Source: Sphingomonas sp. (GTDB lineage: Bacteria; Pseudomonadota; Alphaproteobacteria; Sphingomonadales; Sphingomonadaceae). Taken from it: 64,000 nucleotides of DNA. The notes under the pieces are model-generated. The model worked only from the letters and a program-made list of their open reading frames with translations. It ran no database searches and was not told the DNA's origin. Shown one piece after another: positions 28,813 through 39,203 of this stretch (position 1 is its first letter; the number at the start of each line of letters is the position of its first letter). Position numbers and translations under genes: made by a program. Location of the stretch: contig NZ_JANINP010000002.1 of the NCBI RefSeq assembly GCF_024508665.1, forward strand, positions 36,598 to 100,597. The letters run 5' to 3'.

Positions 28813-29478
28813 CTATCGCCAGCGCAGCACTTCCCAGCCCTTCTCCTTCGCCAGCGCCAGCAACGGCGCATGCGGATTTACCGCGAAAGCCTCGTCTGCC
28901 CAAGCGAGCGTCGGCGCGTCCGATACGTGATCCGAATAGAAACGGATATGTGCGTCCGCGCGCGCGATCCCTTCCTGCGCCATCCAAGCCTCGATCATCC
29001 GCAGCTTGGCGTCGCCATAGCAATTCTCGCCGGCGATGCGCGGCAACAGACGGCCGTGTTCCAGCGTCGACGGCGTCGCGATGACGTCGGTGATGCCAAG
29101 CGCGGCGGCAATCGGACGGACGTAGAAATCGTAGGAGGCGGTCGCCATCACCACGCGATAGCCGGCCGCGCGATCGGCCGCGATGCGCGCGCGGGCATCG
29201 TCCCATACCTTCCCCATCACGACATTGGCGGCGAAACGCCCAGCGACGCGATCGACCGCGACGCTCGCCGCCCCCCGCCCCATCACCAGCCGCTGCGTCA
29301 TTTCCTTCAGTCGCGCGCGGTCGATGCGCTTACCGAGATAGAGCGCAGCCGGTGCGGCACTCGCCGCCAGCGCCGCGACCCGCCACGGTCGCCGTCTCGC
29401 CCAGGCGCGAAGGAACGCCATCCAGGTCGGCGACCGGGTGATCGTCTTGTCCATGTCATAGATGGCGAGCCGCTGCAT
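28813..29478 (-). CDS. HAD-IB family hydrolase
   Basis: LAIYDMDKTIT, VMATAS, NCYGDAK, FYSDHVSD, AVNP. Confidence 0.92.
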   Translation of the reverse strand: MQRLAIYDMDKTITRSPTWMAFLRAWARRRPWRVAALAASAAPAALYLGKRIDRARLKEMTQRLVMGRGAASVAVDRVAGRFAANVVMGKVWDDARARIAADRAAGYRVVMATASYDFYVRPIAAALGITDVIATPSTLEHGRLLPRIAGENCYGDAKLRMIEAWMAQEGIARADAHIRFYSDHVSDAPTLAWADEAFAVNPHAPLLALAKEKGWEVLRWR

Positions 29479-29570
29479 CGCGCCGCTCTAGCTGCGATTT
29501 CGGCAACCTGAAACGGTCCTGTGCTTCGCTCCGCTGCAGGCCGACAGCAACTGGGGGAAGCTCAAGAATC

Positions 29571-31133
29571 CTACCTGTTGCGATCGTTGCGCACCCCGTA
29601 GGTCAAGGTTTCCGTGCCGTTCGCGGGAACCCTGGTGGTCCAGAAAGACGCGCCGTCTTTCCTCCCCAGCCTGCTGCTCGATCGCACCATCTTCTCGTCA
29701 TCGTCGAGATAGATCTTCGCCTCATAGGTTACCGGCCAGGGCTGGTCGTTGGTGACGGTCAACGTGTACGCGGTGGTGCGGTCGTCCGGACGGTGGCGCG
29801 TCCCCACCACTTGCGTCGACACGCTTTGCGGCCGGCCCATGCGGAACTCGACGAGTTCGTCCACCGCCTTGTCGTCGATCGCCGATTCGCCGACCAGCAG
29901 CATCTGGCCCTCGACTTCGCTGAACACCGCCGCCTTGCCCGCCGGCATTGCCGCGCCGAGGCCATTGGCGACATTGTTCTTGCCGCGAAGCAACAACGTC
30001 GTCTCGGCACTCTCGCGTACGATATCGCTGACATAGACCGGCGCGAGCTTGACGCCGGGCTTGTTCATCAGCCCGACCTGTTTCTGCGATTGCGACGCGA
30101 CCGTGACGCGGGTCGGGAAACGATAGAGTTTGAGGTCGCCGAGCGCTTCGACCGTCGCCACCTTAGCCTCGGCCATCAACCCGGCGCGGTTCGCAGTAAC
30201 AACTAGGTCCATCGCCTCGGGTGCCGGCGGAGGAGGTGGCGGCGGCGGCGCGGGCATCGATGGCAATTGATACCCGTCATCCGCGTCTTCGAGATCATAT
30301 TCCGGCACTGGCCAGCATTGTAGCGGCAGGTAGCTCGCCGAGGCGAAATTGCGTGGACCGTAATTGCTGTTCGCGGTGCGGTTGATCTTACCGGCGACCA
30401 CTTGGGTATCGGCATCGACGAAGGTGGTGACATCGGTCGATGCCAGGGTGATCCACGCAAACAGATCGGCGCTTTGCCCATCCTTGCGCATCGCGATAAC
30501 ATAGTCTGCCTGCCAGTCGAACCCTCCCGATAGATAGGACAGGGTCAGCGTCACCTGGCGTTCGGCCTTCGCAGTCGTCTTTACAGACAACGTCGGCTTG
30601 GCCGACAAACCCTCGGGCACGCCGTCATAGACGATCGCCTCTGGCAGGCCCGAACATCTGAGGTCGCCATAGGCGCCGCCGAACTGAAGCACCGCGGCGC
30701 CGTCAGCGGACGAGCGCAACGTTGCCTGCAGCAACTGCGCCTTGCCCGTCGCCGGATTGGTGCGGCGAACCAGGACGCGACGGCCCAGCGCGCGGTCGAA
30801 CAGCGACCGCGGCGACAGCAGATTCGCGTCGAGATTCTTCTCTTCGACTCCATCGGGCAGTCCTGACACCAAAGCGCTTTCGGGCAGGATATTGCCCGCC
30901 ACGCCTTCGAACCGGATCACCGCCGGGCCGGCGGGAATGGTCACCGTGCGCGTCTCGGTGATCAGCGCGAAGCCTTGCGGGTAGGACCGATTGATCGCGC
31001 TATCCGCATCGCGATCGGGATCGCGATAGAGTGTCACCGAAACCTTGTCGGGGCCGGCGGACGTGACGATTGTCTGTGCGCGCGCCGGCATCGCGCCGGC
31101 CAGCACGAGCAGCAACAGCAAGGCGGCGCGCAT
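29571..31133 (-). CDS. DUF4139 domain exported protein
   Basis: Signal peptide; ALITETR, LSYLSGGFDWQADY, LGDLKLY, QSQKQV, GAAMPAG; poly-Pro linker. Confidence 0.85.
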   Translation of the reverse strand: MRAALLLLLVLAGAMPARAQTIVTSAGPDKVSVTLYRDPDRDADSAINRSYPQGFALITETRTVTIPAGPAVIRFEGVAGNILPESALVSGLPDGVEEKNLDANLLSPRSLFDRALGRRVLVRRTNPATGKAQLLQATLRSSADGAAVLQFGGAYGDLRCSGLPEAIVYDGVPEGLSAKPTLSVKTTAKAERQVTLTLSYLSGGFDWQADYVIAMRKDGQSADLFAWITLASTDVTTFVDADTQVVAGKINRTANSNYGPRNFASASYLPLQCWPVPEYDLEDADDGYQLPSMPAPPPPPPPPAPEAMDLVVTANRAGLMAEAKVATVEALGDLKLYRFPTRVTVASQSQKQVGLMNKPGVKLAPVYVSDIVRESAETTLLLRGKNNVANGLGAAMPAGKAAVFSEVEGQMLLVGESAIDDKAVDELVEFRMGRPQSVSTQVVGTRHRPDDRTTAYTLTVTNDQPWPVTYEAKIYLDDDEKMVRSSSRLGRKDGASFWTTRVPANGTETLTYGVRNDRNR

Positions 31134-31149
31134 CGCGCGGATCTCGCCG

Positions 31150-32616
31150 TCAGTACCGGGTATCGAACGCGACGGTCAGCACGGTCGATCCGTTGGCTGG
31201 CACCGTCACATGCCATAAGCGTTCGTCGAGCGAGCGCTGTTCGCCCTTGATCGATTCGCTCGAGACGCGGGTGTCGTGCCAATATGTGCGGTCGAGCCCG
31301 GCCTGGACCAGGTCGACGGTCACCGGTTCGGGCCGCGCGTTGGTCACCGTATAGCTCATCGTCGTGCGCCAATAGGTGACCTCGTCCTCGCGCTCGACCG
31401 TCGTCGGCTTGCCTCCGTCGATCGAAATGCGGAATTTCTCGGTCCGCTCCCATTCGCCACTGTTGATCTTCTCGCGCTTCTCGACCGCCGGCTTGACCTT
31501 GACGTCGAACGCCTCGCCGGTGCGGATCGCCAGCGTCGATCCCATCGGTGTGTGGTCGATGCGGTTCTCGCCGATGAATTGCGGCTGGCCCTTGGCGTCG
31601 CGGATGTAGACGCGGACCGTGCCCGCGGGCAGCGCATCGCCCAGCCCGCCATCCTTCGAGCTTGAGAAGCTCAGGACCGTGGCGGCACTGACCGGGTCGC
31701 TCGACGATCCGTACCAGTCATTGCGATATTGGTAGAGCTTCTTCGCCGGCACGCCGCCGACCGACAGGAAGCTGACCTGTTTCTGCTGATTGGGCGCGAT
31801 GGTGATGCGGTGCCCGACCGGATAGAGATAGAAATCGCCCAGTCGCACCCGCCTGGCGTTCTCTGTTCCCGGTAGCGTTCCCGGCGCCATGCCGGCATTG
31901 CCGCCGCGCCCCTGCCCGGGCGCGCCGGCGACCAGCACCGTATCGGCGTTGGTGAAAGCGACATTGTTGTCGTTGCGCAGCGTCACCCAGCCCTGGACGT
32001 CGATCATGCTCTTCGCTTCGTCGAACAAGGCGACATAATCGGCGTTCCAGCCAAGCCCGGTGGTCAGATAGCTGAGCGTCGCCGGCCGCGTGCCGCCTCC
32101 CGAAGCGTCGAGCGAGATCGACAAGGTCGGCCGCGCGCGCAGATTGGGCGGCAGCGAATCATAGACCACGCGGACCGGCAGGCCGTCGTCGCGCAGCACC
32201 TCGATATTATTGCCGATCTGGAGCACGACACCGCCATTGGTCGCCAGTACCTTGGCCCGCTCGCGCGTCTCGACACCCGTCGCCGGGTTGGTGCGGACGA
32301 GCGTGATGGTCTGGCCGACCGCTTTCTGGATCAGCGCGCTCGGCGACAGCAGATCATAATCGAAATTCTGCTCGACGATCGATGCGCCGTCGATCGACAG
32401 CCGCACCGTTTCGGGCCGGATACGATCGGAGACGTCGGGAAATTCCTGGCGATTGAGGCCGTTGGCCAAAGTCAGTCGGCGCGTATCCTGGATCAGCGCC
32501 TGGTTGTTGTTGTAGATCGTGACAGAGACATCGCCCTGCGCCGACGGCTGCGGCGCGGTCTGCGCCAGGGCGGCGCCTGGCGCCATCAACAGGACCGAAA
32601 CCGCCAGTGCGCGCAT
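31150..32616 (-). CDS. DUF4139 domain exported protein (paralog)
   Basis: Signal peptide; VSVTIYNNNQALIQDTR, NFDYDLL, LSYLTTGLGWNADY, LGDALPAGTVRVY. Confidence 0.88.
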   Translation of the reverse strand: MRALAVSVLLMAPGAALAQTAPQPSAQGDVSVTIYNNNQALIQDTRRLTLANGLNRQEFPDVSDRIRPETVRLSIDGASIVEQNFDYDLLSPSALIQKAVGQTITLVRTNPATGVETRERAKVLATNGGVVLQIGNNIEVLRDDGLPVRVVYDSLPPNLRARPTLSISLDASGGGTRPATLSYLTTGLGWNADYVALFDEAKSMIDVQGWVTLRNDNNVAFTNADTVLVAGAPGQGRGGNAGMAPGTLPGTENARRVRLGDFYLYPVGHRITIAPNQQKQVSFLSVGGVPAKKLYQYRNDWYGSSSDPVSAATVLSFSSSKDGGLGDALPAGTVRVYIRDAKGQPQFIGENRIDHTPMGSTLAIRTGEAFDVKVKPAVEKREKINSGEWERTEKFRISIDGGKPTTVEREDEVTYWRTTMSYTVTNARPEPVTVDLVQAGLDRTYWHDTRVSSESIKGEQRSLDERLWHVTVPANGSTVLTVAFDTRY

Positions 32617-32712
32617 CTTCTTCCCCCGTCTCGTTAAGCTGTCTTGTCTGCGACTAAGCTAGCGTCTTGGCGGGTGAACGGAAGCTGAAAGATGGTCTAA
32701 CCCGCAGCGCCA

Positions 32713-32853
32713 CATCCGTTTCGGTGCGATCCTCAATGGCTTGGACGAGAGCCGGGCGCCGGACTGCGTCTTTGGGGGCAAGCGGGCATTGATGAAGTGA
32801 CCCCCGGCCTTCGCGGCTGTAAGGTCACCGGGTCCCCGTGACCGAGTCGGATG
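32713..32853 (+). ncRNA. candidate structured RNA, unassigned (three-way junction)
   Basis: Nested helices CATCCG/CGGATG, TCGGT/ACCGA, GATCC/GGGTC, TCAATG/CATTGA, GCTTG/CAAGC, GACG/CGTC, CCGG/CCGG and GTGACC/GGTCAC. G-U pairs favour the plus strand. Expression unknown. Confidence 0.5.
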
Positions 32854-32956
32854 CGAGTTCGGCGAATAGCGTAGCCGGGCCCGTCGATGACGACTTCGCG
32901 AGACAGCAGCACCGGTCCTGCCGGCCGGCACGCCTCTTTATGAGAGGAATTCCCCC

Positions 32957-33832
32957 ATGCCTTTCATCACCACCGACGACGGCACCGAGATTTTCTACAA
33001 GGATTGGGGCGCGCGCGGCGCGCAGACGATCGTGTTCCATCACGGCTGGCCGCTCAGCGCCGACGATTGGGACAATCAGCTGCTGTTCTTCCGCGCCAAG
33101 GGCTTCCGCGTCGTCGCGCATGACCGCCGCGGCCATGGCCGTTCTGGGCAGCCCGACACCGGCAACGACATGGACACCTATGCGGCCGATGTGATCGCAC
33201 TCGCGCGGGCGCTGGATCTCAAGGACGCGATCCATGTCGGTCATTCGACCGGAGGCGGCGAGGTTGCCCGCTATGTCGCGCGCGCCGAGCCCGGCCGCGT
33301 ATCGAAGGCAGTACTCATTTCCGCCATCCCGCCGGTGATGGTGAAGAGTGACACGAACCCCGGCGGGACGCCGATCGAGGTGTTCGACGGCTTCCGCACC
33401 GCGCTCATGGCGAACCGGTCGCAATTCTACCTCGATGTCGCCTCGGGCCCGTTCTACAATTTCAACAAACCGGGCGTGGAACCTATCCAGGGCTTGATCG
33501 ACAATTGGTGGCGCCAGGGAATGATGGGTGGCGCCAATGCGGGATATGATTGCATCAAGGTCTTCTCGGAAACCGACCTCACCGAGGACCTGAAGCAGAT
33601 CGACGTGCCGGTGCTGGTCATTCACAGCGAGGACGATCAGGTCGTGCCCTATGCCGACGCCGGCCCGCTGGCCGTGAAGCTGCTCAGAAACGGCACGCTC
33701 AAGACCTATCAAGGCCTGCCGCACGGCTGCATGACGACGCACCCAGACCTGATCAATGCGGATATCCTCGCCTTTATCGGCAAAGAGGCAATTTCCCCGC
33801 AGGCCGAGAACGCCGAACCCGCTCTGGCATGA
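32957..33832 (+). CDS. non-heme chloroperoxidase-like alpha/beta hydrolase
   Basis: FYKDWG, FHHGWPLSADDW, HDRRGHGRS, GHSTGGGEV, DDQVVP, PHG. Confidence 0.93.
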   Translation: MPFITTDDGTEIFYKDWGARGAQTIVFHHGWPLSADDWDNQLLFFRAKGFRVVAHDRRGHGRSGQPDTGNDMDTYAADVIALARALDLKDAIHVGHSTGGGEVARYVARAEPGRVSKAVLISAIPPVMVKSDTNPGGTPIEVFDGFRTALMANRSQFYLDVASGPFYNFNKPGVEPIQGLIDNWWRQGMMGGANAGYDCIKVFSETDLTEDLKQIDVPVLVIHSEDDQVVPYADAGPLAVKLLRNGTLKTYQGLPHGCMTTHPDLINADILAFIGKEAISPQAENAEPALA

Positions 33833-33888
33833 CATGGCGAGGGGAGCCGGAACCATCGGCTCCCTTGGCCTTCTGGCCTCCGCAAAAC

Positions 33889-33924
33889 AAAACGCCCGGC
33901 GGATCGGATCCGGCCGGGCGTTTT
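33889..33924. terminator. bidirectional intrinsic terminator
   Basis: AAAACGCCCGGC...GCCGGGCGTTTT between convergent genes. Confidence 0.85.
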
Positions 33925-33928
33925 ATTC

Positions 33929-34002
33929 CGTCATTCCAGCGAAAGCTGGAATCTCAGGCAGTTGAGATACTGCACGAGATCCCAGCTTTCGCTGGGATGA
34001 CG
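33929..34002. repeat. CGTC-tagged REP doublet
   Basis: CGTCATTCCAGCGAAAGCTGGAATCTC at 33929-33955 and GAGATCCCAGCTTTCGCTGGGATGACG at 33976-34002. Confidence 0.9.
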
Positions 34003-34023
34003 GCTATTTTTCGAAGCCGTCGG

Positions 34024-34839
34024 TTATTCGGCAGCGTCGGCAGCCGGCTCCGCGGCGACCGCGCGCGGCGTGCGGCGACGGCGTGGCTTGGGAGCGGGTT
34101 CTTCCTCTCCCTCGGTGCCGGCCGAAATGCCGAGCGACGGCGGCAGTAGCGACGCGTCGAAGGTTTCGCCTTCGCTCGCCTCGACCGCACGCGGTTCGCG
34201 GCGCGGACGCAGGCCACGGCGGGGTGCGCGCTCCGGGCGTTCCTCGACTGGCGCAGCCGCCTCGGCGACCTCGACTCCATTCACGTCGTCGGTGTCGTTC
34301 TCGGCATAGCCGTTCACGTTGCCGTTGACGCCAGCATCGGCGTTGGCGCTGCCGTTATAGCGGTTGCCACGATCCTCGCGCGGCTCGCGATTGCCGCGAT
34401 CCTCACGGTTGCCGCGATTGCCACGATCATCACGGTTGCGGCTCTCGCGGCGCGGCTCGGCCTGGACCTCGCGGCGTGGCTCCTGGCCCTCGCCCTCGAC
34501 GCCTTCTTCCTCGTAACCCTCATCCTCATCGTCGAACGCGTCCTCGCGCCCACGGCGCTGCTGCGCCTGATTCGGGTTCTGCTCTTCGAATCGGCTGCGA
34601 TTCTCGGCGAGCACGCGGAAATAATGATCCGCGAACTGCAGATAATATTCGGTGTTGACGCGGTCGCCCTGGCGCTGCGCCTCGGCGGCGAGTGCCTTGT
34701 ACTTCTCGAAGAGCTGGTTCGCATTGCCCCGCGCGCGGTTGTCGATGCGGTTCCCGTTGTTTCCGTTGGGATTACCGCCGCCACCCTGGCGCTGGCCACC
34801 ACGGCCGCGACGGCGGCCGGCCTGACGATTTATGTTCAA
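34024..34839 (-). CDS. DUF4167 domain protein
   Basis: TTG start; RGNANQLFEKYKALA.EAQRQGDRV..EYYLQFADHYFRVL, followed by a disordered charged tail. Confidence 0.9.
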   Translation of the reverse strand: MNINRQAGRRRGRGGQRQGGGGNPNGNNGNRIDNRARGNANQLFEKYKALAAEAQRQGDRVNTEYYLQFADHYFRVLAENRSRFEEQNPNQAQQRRGREDAFDDEDEGYEEEGVEGEGQEPRREVQAEPRRESRNRDDRGNRGNREDRGNREPREDRGNRYNGSANADAGVNGNVNGYAENDTDDVNGVEVAEAAAPVEERPERAPRRGLRPRREPRAVEASEGETFDASLLPPSLGISAGTEGEEEPAPKPRRRRTPRAVAAEPAADAAE

Positions 34840-35103
34840 AGTCCTGTGGTCCTTGTGTTCAAAACAAACCCGGCCTTGCTCCAAGAGGATGCAAATCCCA
34901 CGCGCCACCCGCGCCGAACCCGAAACCAAGGGTGGAGGCGCGAAAGGCCTGTCATGGCCGCCGGACGAGCGGCCTAATGACGATGGATTGGGCAGGCCCG
35001 CGATTTCAACGACTTGTCGATTGAGATCGTCTGCCCCTCGGCGCTCAATAGCGGGTGCAGGGCGTTTGTCCAAGCAGAAATATGTAACCGAAGTGTGTCA
35101 CTT

Positions 35104-35961
35104 TCAAGGTGTGGCGATGACGCATCTGTCGCGCCCGGCAAGATCGCGGCGAACCGCGACCTTCAGACCTTGTGCGGTCAGCAAGGCCGAAACCGCTCCG
35201 GCCTGGGTCGCACCGATCTCGATCGCGGCCATGCCGCCCGGCGCGATCAGGCGCGGGAGCTGGGCGGCGATAATGCGATAGTCGTCCAGCCCGTCTACAC
35301 CGGCGAACAGTGCCGCGCCGGGCTCGTGCTCACGCACCTCGGCCGGGAGCGATTCGCCGATGGCGATATAGGGCGGGTTGCAGAGGATCAGGTCGAAATC
35401 TCCCGCTACCCCCTCGGCCCAGTTGCCGATGCGGAACGCGGCGCGATCGGCCAGATTGAGTAACTCGGCATTGCGCCGAGCATAATCGAGCGCCTCGGGC
35501 GAGGCGTCGATCCCCAGGCCATGCGCCTCGGACCATTGCGCAAGCGCGGCGAGAAGCAAGGTCCCCGGCCCGGTTCCCAGGTCCAATATCCTCAACGGCG
35601 CTTCGACATCCGGCCAGTGTTCCACCGCGACTTCGATCAAGGTTTCGCTATCGGGGCGCGGGATGAGGACGCCGGGACCAACCGCGAGGCTGATCGTCCA
35701 GAAATCACGCGTGCCGATGATGTAGGCGACGGGTTCGTGCGCGAGGCGGCGGTCGATCAGTGACGCGAAGGTGTTGGGCGCGGAGTCGTCCAGGTGCCGC
35801 AACAGCAATTGCTCGCGCGTCGTGCCCAGCGCGTGGGCCATCAGGAGTTCGGCATCGAGGCGGGGAGTGTCGGAGACGCCGGCGAGACGCGAGGCGGCAT
35901 CCGCAAGTGCCGCCCTAACTCCCCTCCCGCTTGCGGGAGGGGTCGGGGGAGGGCGTGTCAC
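35104..35961 (-). CDS. prmC: release factor glutamine methyltransferase PrmC/HemK
   Basis: RRLAHEPVAYIIG..DFW, VLIPRPDSETL, LDLGTGPG, CNPPYI, EP..ALFAG.DGL, DLAGRDR. The only visible N-terminal start (GTG 35961) lies inside the repeat. Confidence 0.95.
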   Translation of the reverse strand: MTRPPPTPPASGRGVRAALADAASRLAGVSDTPRLDAELLMAHALGTTREQLLLRHLDDSAPNTFASLIDRRLAHEPVAYIIGTRDFWTISLAVGPGVLIPRPDSETLIEVAVEHWPDVEAPLRILDLGTGPGTLLLAALAQWSEAHGLGIDASPEALDYARRNAELLNLADRAAFRIGNWAEGVAGDFDLILCNPPYIAIGESLPAEVREHEPGAALFAGVDGLDDYRIIAAQLPRLIAPGGMAAIEIGATQAGAVSALLTAQGLKVAVRRDLAGRDRCVIATP

Positions 35962-36016
35962 AACATGCGGGGAGGGAACATGCCCTCCCCTAGCCCCTCC
36001 CGCGAGCGGGAGGGGA
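35919..36016. repeat. gene-less hairpin inverted-repeat element (short-arm subtype) between prfA and prmC
   Basis: Arms at 35919-35958 (CTCCCCTCCCGCTTGCGGGAGGGGTCGGGGGAGGGCGTGT) and 35978-36016. Confidence 0.88.
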
Positions 36017-36018
36017 AC

Positions 36019-37097
<1,079 letters not shown>

Positions 37098-37101
<4 letters not shown>

Positions 37102-38426
37102 TTTGGGGCGCCGGCCAGCAAACCGCCGATCGAGCCATCGCCAGGTTTAACGGGATCCCCGGTGTCCATCGCCCATAGGAGCGACAGAGGCACTTTGCCG
37201 ATCGACTCCAACGATGCTCGCGCCTGCTTCCCCTCGTGCAGGTTGCGAACGACGATCCGACCGTCCTTGAGCTCGTCCTCGCCCAGGATCAGCGCATAGC
37301 TGGCGCCCGCATCGTTGGCCTTCGCCAAGCGCCGCTTCATATTACCGCGGAACGCCATATCGGCGGTCACGCCCGAACGACGGAGATCGGCGACAATACC
37401 GAGCCCGCGCGCTTCCGCGGCTTCGCCCATCGGGATGACGACCGCTTCGATCGGGGAAGGCACCTGCTCTTCAAGCAGCATCGCCAGCCGCTCGATACCC
37501 GCCGCCCAGCCGACACCCGGCGTGGCAGGCCCGCCCAGCGACTCGATCAGACCATCATAACGGCCGCCCGCAAGCACCGTGCCCTGCGCGCCAAGCCGAT
37601 CGGTGACGAACTCAAACGCCGTGTGACGGTAATAATCGAGCCCGCGCACCAAGCGACTGTTGCGCGTCCATTTCACGCCCGCCGCGCCGAGCCCCTTCGT
37701 CACCTTTTCAAAGAACGCCCCAGCCTCGCTGGTCAAATGCGCGTCGATGTCCGGCGCGGCATCGGCGATAGGCCGGTCGCGCGGGTCCTTGCTGTCGAGG
37801 ATGCGCATCGGGTTCTTGTCGAGCCGGACGAGGCTGTCTTCCGACAGCTCCCCGCGATACCGTTCGAAATGCGCGACCAATGCAGTGCGCCAGGCATCGC
37901 GCGTCTCGGCGTCGCCCAGGGTGTTGAGCTGCAACGTCACGCCGTCGGCGATGCCGAGTTCGTGCAGCAGCTGATCGGCGAAGGCGAGCAATTCGACGTC
38001 CGCCGCCGGCTCGGCCGCGCCGATCACTTCGGCGTCGATCTGGTGGAACTGGCGATAGCGCCCCTTTTGCGGGCGTTCGTAACGGAACAGTGGACCCGAC
38101 GTGACCAATTTCAACGGCGCATATTGCTGCCAACCATTAGTCAGATAGGCGCGGCACACGCCCGCGGTGAATTCGGGGCGCAAGGTCAGAGAGTCCCCGC
38201 CGCGATCCTCGAACGTGTACATTTCCTTGGAAACGACATCGGTCGTCTCGCCGATCGATCGCGCGAACACCTGGGTGTCCTCGAACACGGGCAAGTCGAC
38301 GCGCTGAAATGCGTACAATTTGCGGACATGATCGAACGCCTCGAGCACGCGCGCGAACCGCCGCTGCTCTTGGCCGAAAATGTCCTGGGTGCCCCTGATG
38401 GGCCGGGGAGTCTCGATACGTGCCAT
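37098..38426 (-). CDS. hisS: histidine--tRNA ligase
   Basis: [56 protein letters not shown]. Confidence 0.98.
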
Positions 38427-38475
38427 TGGGGGCGGGTATCTAGTAGAGGCGCGCCGCCTACGCTAGCGTTTCGTC

Positions 38476-39114
38476 ATGGCGAACATGCATCTCGGTCACC
38501 GGCTCGCGCCACCCCGCTTCATCGCCTTCGTCGCGATCTTCGTCGCCGGCCTGTTCGTGACGATCCCGGCCCAAGGCTATGGACGTGGTGCGATGATCGC
38601 CTTCGACATCGCCGCGACGATCTTCCTCATCTCGATCATGCCCTTGTTCGCACGCGGGACCGCCGAACAGATGCGCGCCGCGGCGCAGCGCAACGACGCC
38701 AATCGCGCCTTCCTGCTGCTGATCACGGTCGTGACCTCGATCATCATCATGGTCTCCGTGGTCACCGAAAAGCTCGACAAGGCAACGCCCTTCACCATCG
38801 GGCTCGTACTGGCGTCCCTGGTGCTCGCCTGGACCTTTTCGAACATGATCTATGCGCTCCATTACGCGCATCTCTATTATTTGCCGGCGGAGGATAACGA
38901 AGACAGCGGCGGGATCGATTTCCCCAATTGCGACGACCCGGACTATTGGGATTTCGTCTATTTTAGTTTCACCCTGGGCATGACGTTCCAGACCAGCGAC
39001 GTCGACATCAAGAGTCGTCGCGTCCGCCGGGTGGTGACGGGGCATTGCCTCGCCGCCTTCGTCTTCAATCTGGGCGTGCTGGCCTTCACGATCAACTCGA
39101 TCGGCGGCTCTTAA
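38476..39114 (+). CDS. DUF1345 family membrane protein
   Basis: YALHYAHLYY, GIDFP..DDPDYWDFVYFSFTLGMTFQTSDV, FVFNLGVLAFTIN. Confidence 0.92.
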   Translation: MANMHLGHRLAPPRFIAFVAIFVAGLFVTIPAQGYGRGAMIAFDIAATIFLISIMPLFARGTAEQMRAAAQRNDANRAFLLLITVVTSIIIMVSVVTEKLDKATPFTIGLVLASLVLAWTFSNMIYALHYAHLYYLPAEDNEDSGGIDFPNCDDPDYWDFVYFSFTLGMTFQTSDVDIKSRRVRRVVTGHCLAAFVFNLGVLAFTINSIGGS

Positions 39115-39203
39115 TTCCATAATTCCGTAACGTTAGGCACTGGACGCCGGGTGTATCGCCGTCCTAGGTCACGCCAGCACACCAAAAAAGGGGTCCCCTC
39201 TCC

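Noticed and set aside
32713-32853. Assigning the structured RNA as 6S, SRP, hammerhead or group II intron domain V
   Set aside because: No central bubble and no zapA/ygfA context for 6S; no GGAA/AGCAG SRP helix; TGATGA is present but without the hammerhead GAAA; no domain V consensus.
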